Origin: an uncultured Acidimicrobiia bacterium
Lineage (GTDB): Bacteria > Actinomycetota > Acidimicrobiia > Spongiisociales > UBA5794
NCBI GenBank assembly: GCA_963821095.1
Contig: CAWGCJ010000014.1
Span: 1,410 to 65,409 of the forward strand
Direction: 5' to 3'
DNA: 64,000 nt
The notes beneath the pieces were generated by a model. The model had not been told where the DNA came from, searched no databases, and was given only the letters and a program-made list of their open reading frames with translations. Positions 8,989-18,248 of the stretch are shown here, in pieces. The position numbers were made by a program, and so were the translations under genes. Numbering within the stretch: position 1 is the stretch's first letter; every line of letters starts with the position of its first letter.

Positions 8989-10205
8989 GCAGGAACGGCA
9001 TCAAGAAGGTGGTACTCGCCTACAGCGGGGGCCTCGACACCTCGGTGATCCTGAAGTGGATCATGGAGGAGTATGGCGCCGAGGTGATTTGCTACACGGC
9101 CGACGTCGGCCAGGGCGCCGAAGCCGGTGAAGCGGTCGACAAGGCCCTGGCCACCGGTGCCGTTGAGGCGGTTGTCGAGGACGTGCGCGATGAGTTCGTC
9201 TCCGACTTCGTGTATCCGGCGATTCGGGCCAACGCGGTGTACGAGGGCTACTACCTGCTCGGAACTTCGCTGGCTCGTCCGCTGATCGGCAAGGGCCTGG
9301 TCGAGACGGCCGAACGCTTTGGCGCCGACGCCATCGCTCATGGTGCCACCGGCAAAGGTAACGACCAGGTGAGGTTCGAACTCGCCGCCTTTGCGTTGAA
9401 ACCGGAGATCAAGGTGATTGCCCCGTGGCGGGAGTGGGATCTGCGGGGCCGCGCCGACTGCGTCGCCTACGCCGAGACCCACGGCATCCCGATACCGGTC
9501 ACGGCGGAAAAGCCCTACTCGACGGATGCCAACCTGCTGCACATCTCGTACGAGGGCGGAGTACTCGAGGACCCATGGGCGCCGCCCCCTCCCGGCATGT
9601 TCAACATGACGGTCGACCCGGCTGATGCGCCGGACGAACCTGAATTGGTGACGATCGGTTTCCGCGACGGCAACGCAGTGACCCTGAATGGCCGTGAATT
9701 GAGTCCCGTCAACATGCTGACGGCGCTGAACTTGATCGCGGGACGGCACGGAATCGGTCGGGTCGACATCGTCGAGAACCGGTTTGTGGGTATGAAGAGC
9801 CGCGGGGTTTACGAGACGCCGGGCGGGACGGTGCTCCACCACGCCCACCGCGCCGTTGAGTCCCTGACGCTCGATCGGGAAGTCGCCCACCTGAGAGACG
9901 AGCTGGTGTCGCGCTATGCCGAGATGGTCTACAACGGATTCTGGTACGCCCCTGAGCGCGAGGCGCTCCAGGCCTTCATGGATGACGTGCAGCACCGGGT
10001 CAACGGTGAGGCACGGCTCAAGCTCTTCAAGGGCCAGGCCATCATCGACGGGCGTCGCTCCGACAGTCATGCCCTTTACGACGAGGCGACGGCAACGTTC
10101 GAGGCCGATGACGTGTATGACCAGGCCGACGCCGCCGGCTTCATCCGGCTACAAAGCCTGCGGCTCCGAACCTTCGCCGAGAAGCGTTTGGGGGAGGGCG
10201 AATGA
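8985..10205 (+). CDS. argG: Argininosuccinate synthase
   Basis: [16 protein letters not shown]-binding motif and [15 protein letters not shown]. The TTG start overlaps the argR stop (TTGA). Confidence 0.95.
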   Translation: MSRNGIKKVVLAYSGGLDTSVILKWIMEEYGAEVICYTADVGQGAEAGEAVDKALATGAVEAVVEDVRDEFVSDFVYPAIRANAVYEGYYLLGTSLARPLIGKGLVETAERFGADAIAHGATGKGNDQVRFELAAFALKPEIKVIAPWREWDLRGRADCVAYAETHGIPIPVTAEKPYSTDANLLHISYEGGVLEDPWAPPPPGMFNMTVDPADAPDEPELVTIGFRDGNAVTLNGRELSPVNMLTALNLIAGRHGIGRVDIVENRFVGMKSRGVYETPGGTVLHHAHRAVESLTLDREVAHLRDELVSRYAEMVYNGFWYAPEREALQAFMDDVQHRVNGEARLKLFKGQAIIDGRRSDSHALYDEATATFEADDVYDQADAAGFIRLQSLRLRTFAEKRLGEGE

Positions 10206-10233
10206 TTGTGGCCGGCGATTCCGGTAGGCAGCC

Positions 10234-11583
10234 ATGACCCTGTGGAGCGGTCGCTTCACGGAGGGGCCCGACGAGGCGCTGTGGCACTTCACCGTCGATC
10301 GCTCCGACCGGCGGATGTTGTTCGACGACATCGCGGGCTCGCTCGCCCATGTCGGCATGCTCGGCTCCGTCGGAGTTCTCACGGCTGATGACGTCGACAC
10401 CCTCACCGCCGGTCTCGAGGCCATCGAGGTCGAGGCCAAGGCGGGAGCCTTCGAGTATCTGCCGACCGATGAAGACGTTCACACTGCGGTGGAGCGCCGC
10501 TTGGGCGAGATCATCGGTGAAGTCGCCGGGAAGCTGCACACCGGGCGGTCGCGCAACGACCAGGTTGCGCTCGACCTCCGTCTCTATCTGCGTCGGGCGG
10601 CGCGCGCCAGGATGTCGCAACTCCACGAGGTGGTTGGGGTCATTGCGGCGAAGGCCGAAGAGGTGGGTGACGTTGTTGTGCCGTCGTACACCCATCTCCA
10701 GCAGGCCCAGGCGGTGCCGCTGGCTCACCACCTGTTGGCGTATGCCTGGATGTTGCTCCGTGACGTCGATCGCCTCGAGGACGCCCTGGCCCGGATCGAT
10801 GTATCGCCGCTTGGCGCCGGGGCATCAGGAGGCAGTTCGCTGCCGCTTGACCCCGCCGACACGGCGGCACGGCTCGAAATGCGTGGCGTCTTCGAGAACT
10901 CGCTGGACGCCGTTGCGTCGCGTGACTTTGTCGCCGAGTACACGTTTGCGTGTACCCAGGCCATGGTTCATCTGTCCCGTCTTGCTGAAGAGTTGATTCT
11001 CTGGGCTACTACGGAATTTGGGTGGGTGACGTTCAGCGATCGACATACCACCGGATCGTCTGCGTTGCCCCAAAAGAAGAACCCGGACATTGCAGAACTC
11101 GTCCGCGGCAAGACCGCCGTTGCCATCGGCAACGTCACCGCGCTGCTCGGCCTGCAGAAGGGCCTGCCGTTGGCGTACAACCGCGATCTCCAAGAGGACA
11201 AGAGGGCGGTGTTCGCAGCAGACGACGCCCTTGATGGTGCGCTCGACGCCCTCGGTGCCATGCTGGCTTCCGCCCGTTTCCATCCGCCGCCTCCGGGCGC
11301 TTGGGTGACTGCGCTCGACCTCGCCGAGGTCCTCGTTGGGCGCGGGGTGCCGTTTCGTGAGGCCCATGAGGCGGTCGGCTCGCTGGTCGCCTCGCTGGTG
11401 GCTGCCGGCAAGACCCTGGCCGAGGTCACCGCCGAGGATCTCACCACTGCCCACACTGCGTTCGAGCCAGGCGACGTGTCCAGGATCGACCCGGCGGACT
11501 CGGTCTCTGCCCGCGCCACCGCAGGTGGCGGTTCATTCGGTTCGGTGTCCGCCCAACTCGAAGCACTGCGGGCGCACCGCTGA
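10234..11583 (+). CDS. argH: Argininosuccinate lyase
   Basis: MTLWSGRF start, HTGRSRNDQVA, and the fumarate-lyase signature region GSSALPQKKNPDIAEL. Confidence 0.95.
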   Translation: MTLWSGRFTEGPDEALWHFTVDRSDRRMLFDDIAGSLAHVGMLGSVGVLTADDVDTLTAGLEAIEVEAKAGAFEYLPTDEDVHTAVERRLGEIIGEVAGKLHTGRSRNDQVALDLRLYLRRAARARMSQLHEVVGVIAAKAEEVGDVVVPSYTHLQQAQAVPLAHHLLAYAWMLLRDVDRLEDALARIDVSPLGAGASGGSSLPLDPADTAARLEMRGVFENSLDAVASRDFVAEYTFACTQAMVHLSRLAEELILWATTEFGWVTFSDRHTTGSSALPQKKNPDIAELVRGKTAVAIGNVTALLGLQKGLPLAYNRDLQEDKRAVFAADDALDGALDALGAMLASARFHPPPPGAWVTALDLAEVLVGRGVPFREAHEAVGSLVASLVAAGKTLAEVTAEDLTTAHTAFEPGDVSRIDPADSVSARATAGGGSFGSVSAQLEALRAHR

Positions 11584-11876
11584 TCTGTTCCGGCGTGGTT
11601 CAAGCGCGGTCTATGGAACCTCAGCCCCGCACGAACAGGGCGGAGATAGCGGCGCACCACCCTCGGTGGGTGAACCCACCGCCGACGGTGGCAGCGCCGT
11701 AGGTCTACCGACCCAATTGCCGCTGAGGGACCGATTCGAGCGAACAAAACCTCACATTGCGGATCGGATTGATACACAATGGCGTCAACACGAGACGGCG
11801 GGTCAGGTTTACCTGCGGTGTAGTCAGGGGGAAGGCATCCGAGGGGGGATGGCTAGATCACCGTCAGGTCTGGGGT

Positions 11877-11914
11877 AAGGCCCAGGTTGGAAGGAAACAA
11901 CCAACCTGGGCCTT
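11877..11914. terminator. Strong stem-loop (14-bp perfect stem AAGGCCCAGGTTGG / CCAACCTGGGCCTT, 10-nt loop)
   Basis: Read directly from the sequence. It lies 15 nt past the stop of the minus-strand VOC gene and 294 nt past the argH stop. Confidence 0.6.
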
Positions 11915-11928
11915 CTCTATCGGCGGGC

Positions 11929-12444
11929 TCACTGCGGGGTTGACCCGATGGCTCCAAGTTCATCCGCCGTACCTACGCCCGACCACCTCTCCAACTCGTC
12001 CGTCAGGTTCAGCGACTCGACCACGGCTGCGGTCTCGTACTCGCCCCAATCGCGGCGTGGCAGCATCCACATGACCTCGAATTGGTTGCCGTCGGGGTCG
12101 GCGCCGTACAGGCTCAGCGTGGCGCCGTGAGATGACTCTCCGGTGATGGCTCCGGCTGCGACAAGAGCCTCACGCATCTCGGCGAGTTGGTCGAGGGTGT
12201 CGACCTGCCACGCCAGGTGATAGAGCCCAGTATGGCCTCGACTTGGCCGCGGCGTCTCGGGACCGAGCCCAAAGAGGCCCAGATCGTGATGATTGGCGGA
12301 ATCAGCCGCCCGGAGAAAGGCGGCGTTCATCCGTTCTTCCCGGCTGACCAGCCGGAAGCCGAGCGTGTCGATGTAGAACTCCAGTGCGGGCCCAAGGTCG
12401 GAGACAAAGAGCACAGCATGGTTGAGGCGCCGTATTCCAGCCAT
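11929..12444 (-). CDS. VOC (glyoxalase / extradiol dioxygenase) family protein
   Basis: LNHAVLFVSDLGPALEFYIDTLGF ... HLAWQV ... DPDGNQFEV, typical paired beta-alpha-beta-beta-beta modules. Confidence 0.8.
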   Translation of the reverse strand: MAGIRRLNHAVLFVSDLGPALEFYIDTLGFRLVSREERMNAAFLRAADSANHHDLGLFGLGPETPRPSRGHTGLYHLAWQVDTLDQLAEMREALVAAGAITGESSHGATLSLYGADPDGNQFEVMWMLPRRDWGEYETAAVVESLNLTDELERWSGVGTADELGAIGSTPQ

Positions 12445-12448
12445 CGCG

Positions 12449-13015
12449 CTACTGGGCGTCCGGGGCTACGCGTGTCGCTTGCACTTCGAGTTCGAGTGCG
12501 ACCGACTTGGCTACCAGCCATCCGCCGGCCTCGAGCGCCTGGTTCCAGGTCAGACCCCAGTCTTCACGGTTGAGTGTGGTGGCTGCAGTGAAGAGGGCCT
12601 TGTTGTTGCCCCAGGGATCGGTGGCAAGCCCCAGGTACGACATCGTCAAGGTGATGGGTCGGGTCGTGTCGCGGATGGTGAGGTCGCCGTCGACCTCGTA
12701 GCCGTCGCTCACTGTGCGGACTCCGGTGGAGCGAAACGTGAGCGCTTGGTGTGTCGCCACATCCAGGAAGTCGGCGGAGCGTAGGTGGTTGTCGCGATCC
12801 TCGACCCCGGTATCGATCGAAGCAGCGTCGATGGTGACGTCCACGGAAGACGCTTCGGGAGTCGGCCCGATGGTGATGATGCCTGAGAAGGTCCGAAAGG
12901 TTCCTCGAACTTTGGCGGCGACAAGGTGACGGACGCTGAAGGAGACAACGGTATGCGCCGGGTCGATCGCCCAGGTGCCGGTCTCGGGGATCGTCTGGTT
13001 CATCTGTGTGGTCAT
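12449..13015 (-). CDS. YceI family polyisoprenoid-binding protein
   Basis: WAIDPAHTVVSFSVRHLVAAKVRGTF ... HLRSADFLDV ... GDLTIRDTTRPITL are hallmark YceI motifs. I prefer the ATG at 13015 over the track start at 13087. Confidence 0.85.
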   Translation of the reverse strand: MTTQMNQTIPETGTWAIDPAHTVVSFSVRHLVAAKVRGTFRTFSGIITIGPTPEASSVDVTIDAASIDTGVEDRDNHLRSADFLDVATHQALTFRSTGVRTVSDGYEVDGDLTIRDTTRPITLTMSYLGLATDPWGNNKALFTAATTLNREDWGLTWNQALEAGGWLVAKSVALELEVQATRVAPDAQ

Positions 13016-13113
13016 GTTCACATGTGTCCTTGCGTAGGAAGTATCTGCGTGCGCAGCTAATGTAGTCTGAGGAACCTGACACGTCAACTACTGCGTAGTA
13101 AGGTTTATGGGGC

Positions 13114-13581
13114 ATGGTCACCAAACAGCAGGCAAACTCCATCGAGGACGAGCGGATCGGCGGTTACGGGCGACTGCTCGAGGTGCAGCGGCGCCTTCAC
13201 AGGATCTTTGACCGCAGTCTGCGGGATCACTTCGGGATTTCGAGCGTCTGGTATGAGGCGCTGCTCAGATTGGGCCGGTCTCCGCAGCGGCAGATGTCGA
13301 TCTCGGAACTCGGTGAGCAGGTCGTGTTGACGTCAGGCGGAGCCACGCGCCTGGTCGACCGTCTCGAGGAGATGGGCTACATCGAAAGGGTTGCCTGCCC
13401 CAGCGATCGTCGGGTCCAGTGGGTGCGGCTGACCGATCTGGGCCTCGAGGTACTGGTCGCCGCGACTGAGGTGCATCTTCGAGACCTCGACGAGCATTTC
13501 TCGGCGCACCTCACTACCGACGAGATGGCCACGTTGGCCGATTTGCTCGATCGAATCCGGATCGGTTCCGACGCCGCCTGA
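13114..13581 (+). CDS. MarR family transcriptional regulator
   Basis: Winged-HTH region ISELGEQVVLTSGGATRLVDRLEEMGYIERVACPSDRRVQWVRLT. The gene is divergent from yceI. Confidence 0.85.
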   Translation: MVTKQQANSIEDERIGGYGRLLEVQRRLHRIFDRSLRDHFGISSVWYEALLRLGRSPQRQMSISELGEQVVLTSGGATRLVDRLEEMGYIERVACPSDRRVQWVRLTDLGLEVLVAATEVHLRDLDEHFSAHLTTDEMATLADLLDRIRIGSDAA

Positions 13582-13607
13582 CGGTTGTTCCGCCTCCGTG
13601 ACCCGGC

Positions 13608-15233
13608 TCAGCCCCCGGTCGAGGACGCTTCCCGTGCCACTTCGGCCCCACGGGCTATGTCGTTGTCGAGGTTGCGGCCCACGATGGTCGATGCCGTCAG
13701 CATGGCACCCATCAACCCGCCGGCGACGCCGGGCGTGGCGACGTCCACCCCGGTGAGATAGAGCCCCTTGATGGAGGTCTTGGGTCGGAGCCGCCGCTCG
13801 GCGAAGCGCTGCGGGGTCGCCGCCAGACCGTAGACGGCGCCCTCGGCATGGCCGGTGAAGTGGATCGTCGAAAGCGGACTGGAGAGTTCCATGTGCTCGA
13901 TGGCGCCTTCGACCTGGGGGACATGCCGGTAAAGCTGCTCGAGGAGTCTTGCGACCAGGCCATCCTTCAGCGCCTCGTACTCGGCACCCCGTTTCGACCA
14001 TCGTTCACCCTGCCACCGTGCGAACCAGGCGAAGGGGGCAAAGCCGATGATCTCCAGGGTCGCCTTGCCCGGATAGCGGCGGGCGAAGTCGGGGTCCTTC
14101 GCCGATGGGAACGAAATGTAGGCAACCGGGAGGGGAGCGGTCGGGTCGGTTGCGTAGCGGGCCAAGTTCCCGTCGTGATCGTCGGATGGATACACCCAGA
14201 GGTTTGGCTTGGTCAACCCGAGTTCTTCGGTGGTGCGTTTGAGGCCGACGTACAAACACACATGGGACATCGAGAGCTCTTGGTCGCCTCCGACCGCAGT
14301 GAGGCTGGCAAACTCACTGGCCTCCGGCACCAGGTCGGTGAAGGTGAGGTGTGCCCCGGCGTCGCTGATCACGAGGGGGGCGAACAGTTCGTTGCCGTCC
14401 GCCAGGCGGACACCGATGGCTCTGCCCTTCTTGACGAGGATGGTCTCGACCTCGGCGCTCGTGTAGACCGCTCCGTTGCGGCTCTCGATGACGGGCAGGA
14501 TGGTTGCCGCGATCCGACCTGATCCGCCGACGGGGTAGGACCCGCCCCACAGGTAGTGCCCCGCGACAAGAGCGTGGATGAAGAAGCTGCTTTGGCTGGG
14601 CGGCAACCCGTAGTCGCCCCACTGTGCGGTGAGCACGCCGGCAAGTCTGGGGCTGGCGCCGACTTCGTTGAGCACCTCGCGAGTGGTCCGTCTTGCGTTG
14701 CGAACCCCGGAGCGACGGATGACGCCACCGGCGAGAGCAGACACTGCGCTGTGCATGGCCTTTTCGGCGAAGTAGCGCCGTGCGCTGCCCGCCGTTGTCT
14801 TGACCACATCGAGGTAGCGGTCGATGGCCTCCGTTTCCTCGGGAAAGTAGCTGCAGAGCTTGTCTCGAAACTGGGTGGGTCCCTTGACGAAGTCGTAGGT
14901 GTCGTCACCGATGATGACCCGGTCGTAGACGTCGCCCATGTCCTCCCACTCGAGCTTGGCGTCGGTGATGTCGTCGAACATGCGACGGATCAGCGTATTG
15001 GGATTCCCCATCTGCCCGATGTAGTGGACACCAACATCCCATTCGAAGCCCCGGCGTCGGAAGGTGTGGGTGAAGCCACCTGCGGTGTAGTGACGTTCGA
15101 GCACGAGGACGCGCATCTCGGCGTGCTTGGCCAGCAGGGCTGCCGTGGCGAGTCCACCGATGCCTGAGCCGATCACGATCGCGTCGTAGCTGCCTTCGAC
15201 GGCGTGGTGTTTGTAGGAAGTCCCGGTTCCCAT
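13608..15233 (-). CDS. FAD-dependent oxidoreductase of the phytoene desaturase (CrtI) / retinol saturase-like family
   Basis: N-terminal dinucleotide motif YDAIVIGSGIGGLATAALLA and C-terminal LYLTGVDVATPGVAGG. I prefer the ATG at 15233 (GGAGAG upstream). Confidence 0.8.
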   Translation of the reverse strand: MGTGTSYKHHAVEGSYDAIVIGSGIGGLATAALLAKHAEMRVLVLERHYTAGGFTHTFRRRGFEWDVGVHYIGQMGNPNTLIRRMFDDITDAKLEWEDMGDVYDRVIIGDDTYDFVKGPTQFRDKLCSYFPEETEAIDRYLDVVKTTAGSARRYFAEKAMHSAVSALAGGVIRRSGVRNARRTTREVLNEVGASPRLAGVLTAQWGDYGLPPSQSSFFIHALVAGHYLWGGSYPVGGSGRIAATILPVIESRNGAVYTSAEVETILVKKGRAIGVRLADGNELFAPLVISDAGAHLTFTDLVPEASEFASLTAVGGDQELSMSHVCLYVGLKRTTEELGLTKPNLWVYPSDDHDGNLARYATDPTAPLPVAYISFPSAKDPDFARRYPGKATLEIIGFAPFAWFARWQGERWSKRGAEYEALKDGLVARLLEQLYRHVPQVEGAIEHMELSSPLSTIHFTGHAEGAVYGLAATPQRFAERRLRPKTSIKGLYLTGVDVATPGVAGGLMGAMLTASTIVGRNLDNDIARGAEVAREASSTGG

Positions 15234-15539
15234 GCTGCTCTCCGCGCCTTCGCACTCGACGCTCACTGCCGACACCCAACCTACTCCGAGCGAGTCGGAC
15301 TCGAAACGAAGTCAGGCTGCGGTGGCCAGCGTCGACGGATCGACGCACACCGGGCAGTCGGATGCCGGACAGCGATCCACCACGGTGAAAGCGACACCGG
15401 CGTCGGCAAGTGCCTTCTCGGCAGCAGCAAATGGGTCACATGGAGAGGCTGGGTTCGTCTTCATATCGGCAAGGTATCAACTTGGTGTGACATAAATCGG
15501 TGCGGCGGAACGTGTCAAGGGGAATGAGACAGGGGTTGC

Positions 15540-16547
15540 TCAGATGGCGATGGGTTCCTTCTCGGGCCGGTTGATCCAGGTGGCTTGGGGCACTGTGGGT
15601 GCTTGGGGTGGTTTTCGGAAGCGGTCGGGTCGGTTGGCGTAGGCGGCGTTGAGCACTCCTTGGCGTTTCTGGCGGATGATGTCGTCGAGGCCGTAGTGGA
15701 CGTTGGCTGGGGTGTTGAGGCCGATACCGGAGTGGCGGTGTTCGTTGTTGTAGTACTCGAAGAAGGTTTCGCAGAATGATCGAGCCGCGGCGATGTTGGC
15801 GAACCGTTTGGGGAAGGTGGGTGAGTATTTCAGGGTCTTGAACTGCGCTTCGGAGTAGGGGTTGTCGTTGGACTGGTGTGGTCTGGAATGGCTTTGGAGC
15901 ACGCCGAGGTCGGCGAGGAGTTGACTGACGGTGCGTGACGTCATCGAGCTGCCTCGATCGGCGTGGAGTGTCAACTGGTCGTGGTCGATGTCGTTGGTGT
16001 AGATGGCGTCGGCGATGAGTTGTTCGGCGAGCTTGGCGGATTCTGTGGGGGCGACGAGCCACCCCACTACGTACCGGGAGTAGATGTCGAGGATCGTGTA
16101 GAGATGGAACCAGGTCCATTTGTAGGGGCCGGCGAGTTTGGTGATGTCCCAGCTCCAGACTTCGTTGGGGCCAACCGCGACCAGTTCGGGTTTGATCAGC
16201 GCCGGGCGGCGAGCCTGGGCTCGACGTTCCCTGACCTGGTGACGTTGGCGCAGCAGGCGATACATGGTCGAGACCGACGCCAGGTAGGTGCCTTCGTCCA
16301 ACAGGGTGGCCCATATCTGGGCCGGTGCCTTGTCGCAGAACCGTTCTTCGTTCAGGGTCTCGATCACGGTTTCAGCTTCGGTAGCTGTCAGGGCCCGAGG
16401 CGAGCGTCGTGGTATCGCAGGTCCATACCGGGGTCCCTGCCGTTGCCGGTAGTGGCTGGCACGAGATCGTCCGAGGGCTTCACAGGCTCGTTTACGCCCA
16501 ACGATGGGAGCGAGTTCGTCGACTGCGGCGTCCAAAATGGCGGTCAC
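15540..16547 (-). CDS. IS3-family transposase OrfB (DDE/rve integrase core)
   Basis: WSWDITKL, LHADRGSSMTS and YNNEHRHSGIG are typical rve-domain motifs. The frame stays open upstream of the GTG, consistent with an OrfAB fusion. Confidence 0.9.
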   Translation of the reverse strand: MTAILDAAVDELAPIVGRKRACEALGRSRASHYRQRQGPRYGPAIPRRSPRALTATEAETVIETLNEERFCDKAPAQIWATLLDEGTYLASVSTMYRLLRQRHQVRERRAQARRPALIKPELVAVGPNEVWSWDITKLAGPYKWTWFHLYTILDIYSRYVVGWLVAPTESAKLAEQLIADAIYTNDIDHDQLTLHADRGSSMTSRTVSQLLADLGVLQSHSRPHQSNDNPYSEAQFKTLKYSPTFPKRFANIAAARSFCETFFEYYNNEHRHSGIGLNTPANVHYGLDDIIRQKRQGVLNAAYANRPDRFRKPPQAPTVPQATWINRPEKEPIAI

Positions 16548-16984
16548 GATTCGTCGGTGTCCGCGCTCTTTGAGATCTCCTCCAAGAGCGTGTGCACTTT
16601 TCCCTGGACCGTGATCACCGCCTCGGCCTGGGCCAGTTTGGTCTTCAGTCGCTCGTTCTCAGCCCGCAGCTTGGCCACCTCCGAACGGCTCGGCCCACCC
16701 CGACCACCGTCGCTCCGCCCGAGAGCGGCTTTCAACAGGCCCTGGCGATGTTGCCGCCGCCAGTCGGTGATCAAACTCGAGTAGAGGCCTTCCCTGCGCA
16801 AGATGGCGCCCTTCTCGCCGGTCTCGGATGCCCTGTCGTACTCGGCGAGGATCGACAACTTGTATTCCGGACTGAACGACCGGCGCACCGGATTCCTCAA
16901 CGGCCTCCCACTCCCATCACTGGCAACAGCATCATCCATATGCCAAGTATCGGCCCTATAGATCGCTGCCCGCTTGTTTCCCAC
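16544..16984 (-). CDS. IS3-family transposase OrfA (HTH plus leucine-zipper)
   Basis: RRSFSPEYKLSILAEYD HTH region and coiled coil EVAKLRAENERLKTKLAQAEA. The true start may be an internal ATG at 16939 or GTG at 16888. Confidence 0.85.
   Translation of the reverse strand: MGNKRAAIYRADTWHMDDAVASDGSGRPLRNPVRRSFSPEYKLSILAEYDRASETGEKGAILRREGLYSSLITDWRRQHRQGLLKAALGRSDGGRGGPSRSEVAKLRAENERLKTKLAQAEAVITVQGKVHTLLEEISKSADTDES
16598..16604 (-). other. Putative programmed -1 ribosomal frameshift heptamer G_GGA_AAA (reverse complement of TTTTCCC) for OrfAB fusion
   Basis: In the orfA frame the sequence reads caG GGA AAA Gtg (X_XXY_YYZ pattern). The orfB frame is open across it. A GCTCTT...AAGAGC hairpin follows about 10 nt downstream. 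Confidence 0.5.
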
Positions 16985-17143
16985 AACGGTTCACCTTTGC
17001 GGGGGCCGGGTGCCGGGTACTCGGTACCGATTCTCGCCGGCGCCCAAACGCCCACGAGCCGCGATCCTCGGCGCCGGCGAGCCCCAAATTCGCTCGTCCG
17101 CAGCGGTAGAGTCGCCAAACCACAACGTCACCCAGGAGAACCC

Positions 17144-17467
17144 ATGGAGCTGAAGCGGTACGACGAGGTCGAATCCTTCCCTTTCGGCAACCTCGAGATC
17201 CGAGATATGACACCGAGCGTCTTTCGGGAGGCCAAGATGGCCGAGGTCGAGGTGCCCATCGGCGCCGACAACCCTCCCTACGCTGCTGCCGAGAACGAGA
17301 AGGTCTACGTCGGGATGAGCGGCGACATCGAGTTCAAGGTGGCCGGAGAGAGCGTCCGGATCCGTCGCGGGGACGTGCTGGTCATCAATCGCGGAGAGCA
17401 GTACAGCTACCACAACGGGGGCTACGAGCAGGGCCGCCTGTTTGTTATCCAAGCTCCGGCGGTCTGA
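17144..17467 (+). CDS. Cupin domain protein
   Basis: 107 aa. The ATG at 17144 follows AGGAGA. Beta-barrel-type sequence GDIEFKVAGESVRIRRGDVLVINRGEQYSYHN. Confidence 0.7.
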   Translation: MELKRYDEVESFPFGNLEIRDMTPSVFREAKMAEVEVPIGADNPPYAAAENEKVYVGMSGDIEFKVAGESVRIRRGDVLVINRGEQYSYHNGGYEQGRLFVIQAPAV

Positions 17468-17476
17468 TCGGAACGG

Positions 17477-18142
17477 CTACCGGGCGAGCGGGACGACGTA
17501 GAGGTACGCCGCAGTGAAGTGGACGACGGACGCAATCACCACAAACACGTGAAATAGTTCGTGATATGAGAACACCCGGGGCCAGAGGCGGGGCCGGTTC
17601 GTGACGAGAAACACCATGCCGATGGTGTAGAGCAACCCACCGGCGGCGAGCAAAGCAACGGTGATCCAGCCCGCCTCGTTGGCGATCGGGATCATCAGCG
17701 GCAGCGACAACCATCCGAGCGTCGTCATGAGGGCGATCGAGAAGTTGAACTGCTCGCGTGGGAAGAAGGCGATGTGGCCGATGCCAAATACGGCAATTCC
17801 CCAGCAGACGCCGAGGCAGAGCCAGCGCAGCCAGCCATCGAATAGGATCACCGCAAATGGGGTGAATGTGGCGGCGATCAGGACAAAGATCATGGAGTGG
17901 TCGAGTCGCTGCATTCGCTTCTTCCAGGCGTCTGCCCAGGGGATGGAGTGGTAGAGCGAACTGGTTGTGTAGAGCGCCATCAGGCCGAGCCCAAAGACCA
18001 CAACGGCGGCTCGGCTCGGCCATGAGGGGGCTCGGAGCAGGAGGAAGATCGTCCCGGCAATGGCGGCAAGTGCGGCGCCGCCATGGAGAAACCCACGGAC
18101 GGGGTTCTGCATTTTGCCGAGGGTGAAACGGGTGTGATGCAT
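17477..18142 (-). CDS. Hemolysin III / PAQR family membrane protein
   Basis: 7-TM pattern with family motifs NPVRGFLHGG, LYHSIPW, RLDHSMIFVLIAATFTPF and YHELFHVFV. Confidence 0.9.
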   Translation of the reverse strand: MHHTRFTLGKMQNPVRGFLHGGAALAAIAGTIFLLLRAPSWPSRAAVVVFGLGLMALYTTSSLYHSIPWADAWKKRMQRLDHSMIFVLIAATFTPFAVILFDGWLRWLCLGVCWGIAVFGIGHIAFFPREQFNFSIALMTTLGWLSLPLMIPIANEAGWITVALLAAGGLLYTIGMVFLVTNRPRLWPRVFSYHELFHVFVVIASVVHFTAAYLYVVPLAR

Positions 18143-18248
18143 GACTCTCAGTATGGCTTATGTGGCGATTGTCCGCTACGGCGGCAATTATTGGGCGCCG
18201 GCTCTGATTCCATCGACCGGCCGGGCGGCGTTCTGAAGGAGGTCGATC

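Larger units (their letters stand above)
15500..17000 (-). mobile_element. IS3-family insertion sequence (orfA/orfB with -1 frameshift architecture); ends approximate
   Basis: Two overlapping transposase ORFs with orfB in the -1 frame, plus a heptameric slippery site. I could not align terminal inverted repeats or a target duplication confidently by eye, so the boundaries are uncertain by roughly 50 bp. Confidence 0.6.

Noticed and set aside
11840-11880. SRP (4.5S) RNA-like motif GTCAGGTCTGGGGTAAGG
   Set aside because: The match is limited to a few bases. The conserved GGAAG/AGCAG symmetric-loop partner strand and the closing helix could not be found.
15312-15464. 50-aa Cys-containing minus-strand ORF (MKTNPASPCDPFAAAEKALADAGVAFTVVDRCPASDCPVCVDPSTLATAA) between the CrtI-like gene and the IS element
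   Set aside because: It is below the ORF-track threshold, has no SD and only moderate G/C third-position bias, and no family is recognised. It could be real (the CPxxDCPxC motif is suggestive), but I cannot support it.
15486-17045. Terminal inverted repeats and target-site duplication of the IS3 element
   Set aside because: Two alternative weak alignments were found: AATCGGT.C.G.G.A.C at 15494/17033, and GGAAC...GGGGAA versus TGAAC...GGGAAA at 15507/16993. Neither gives a clean TG...CA terminus with flanking direct repeats, so exact ends are not reported.
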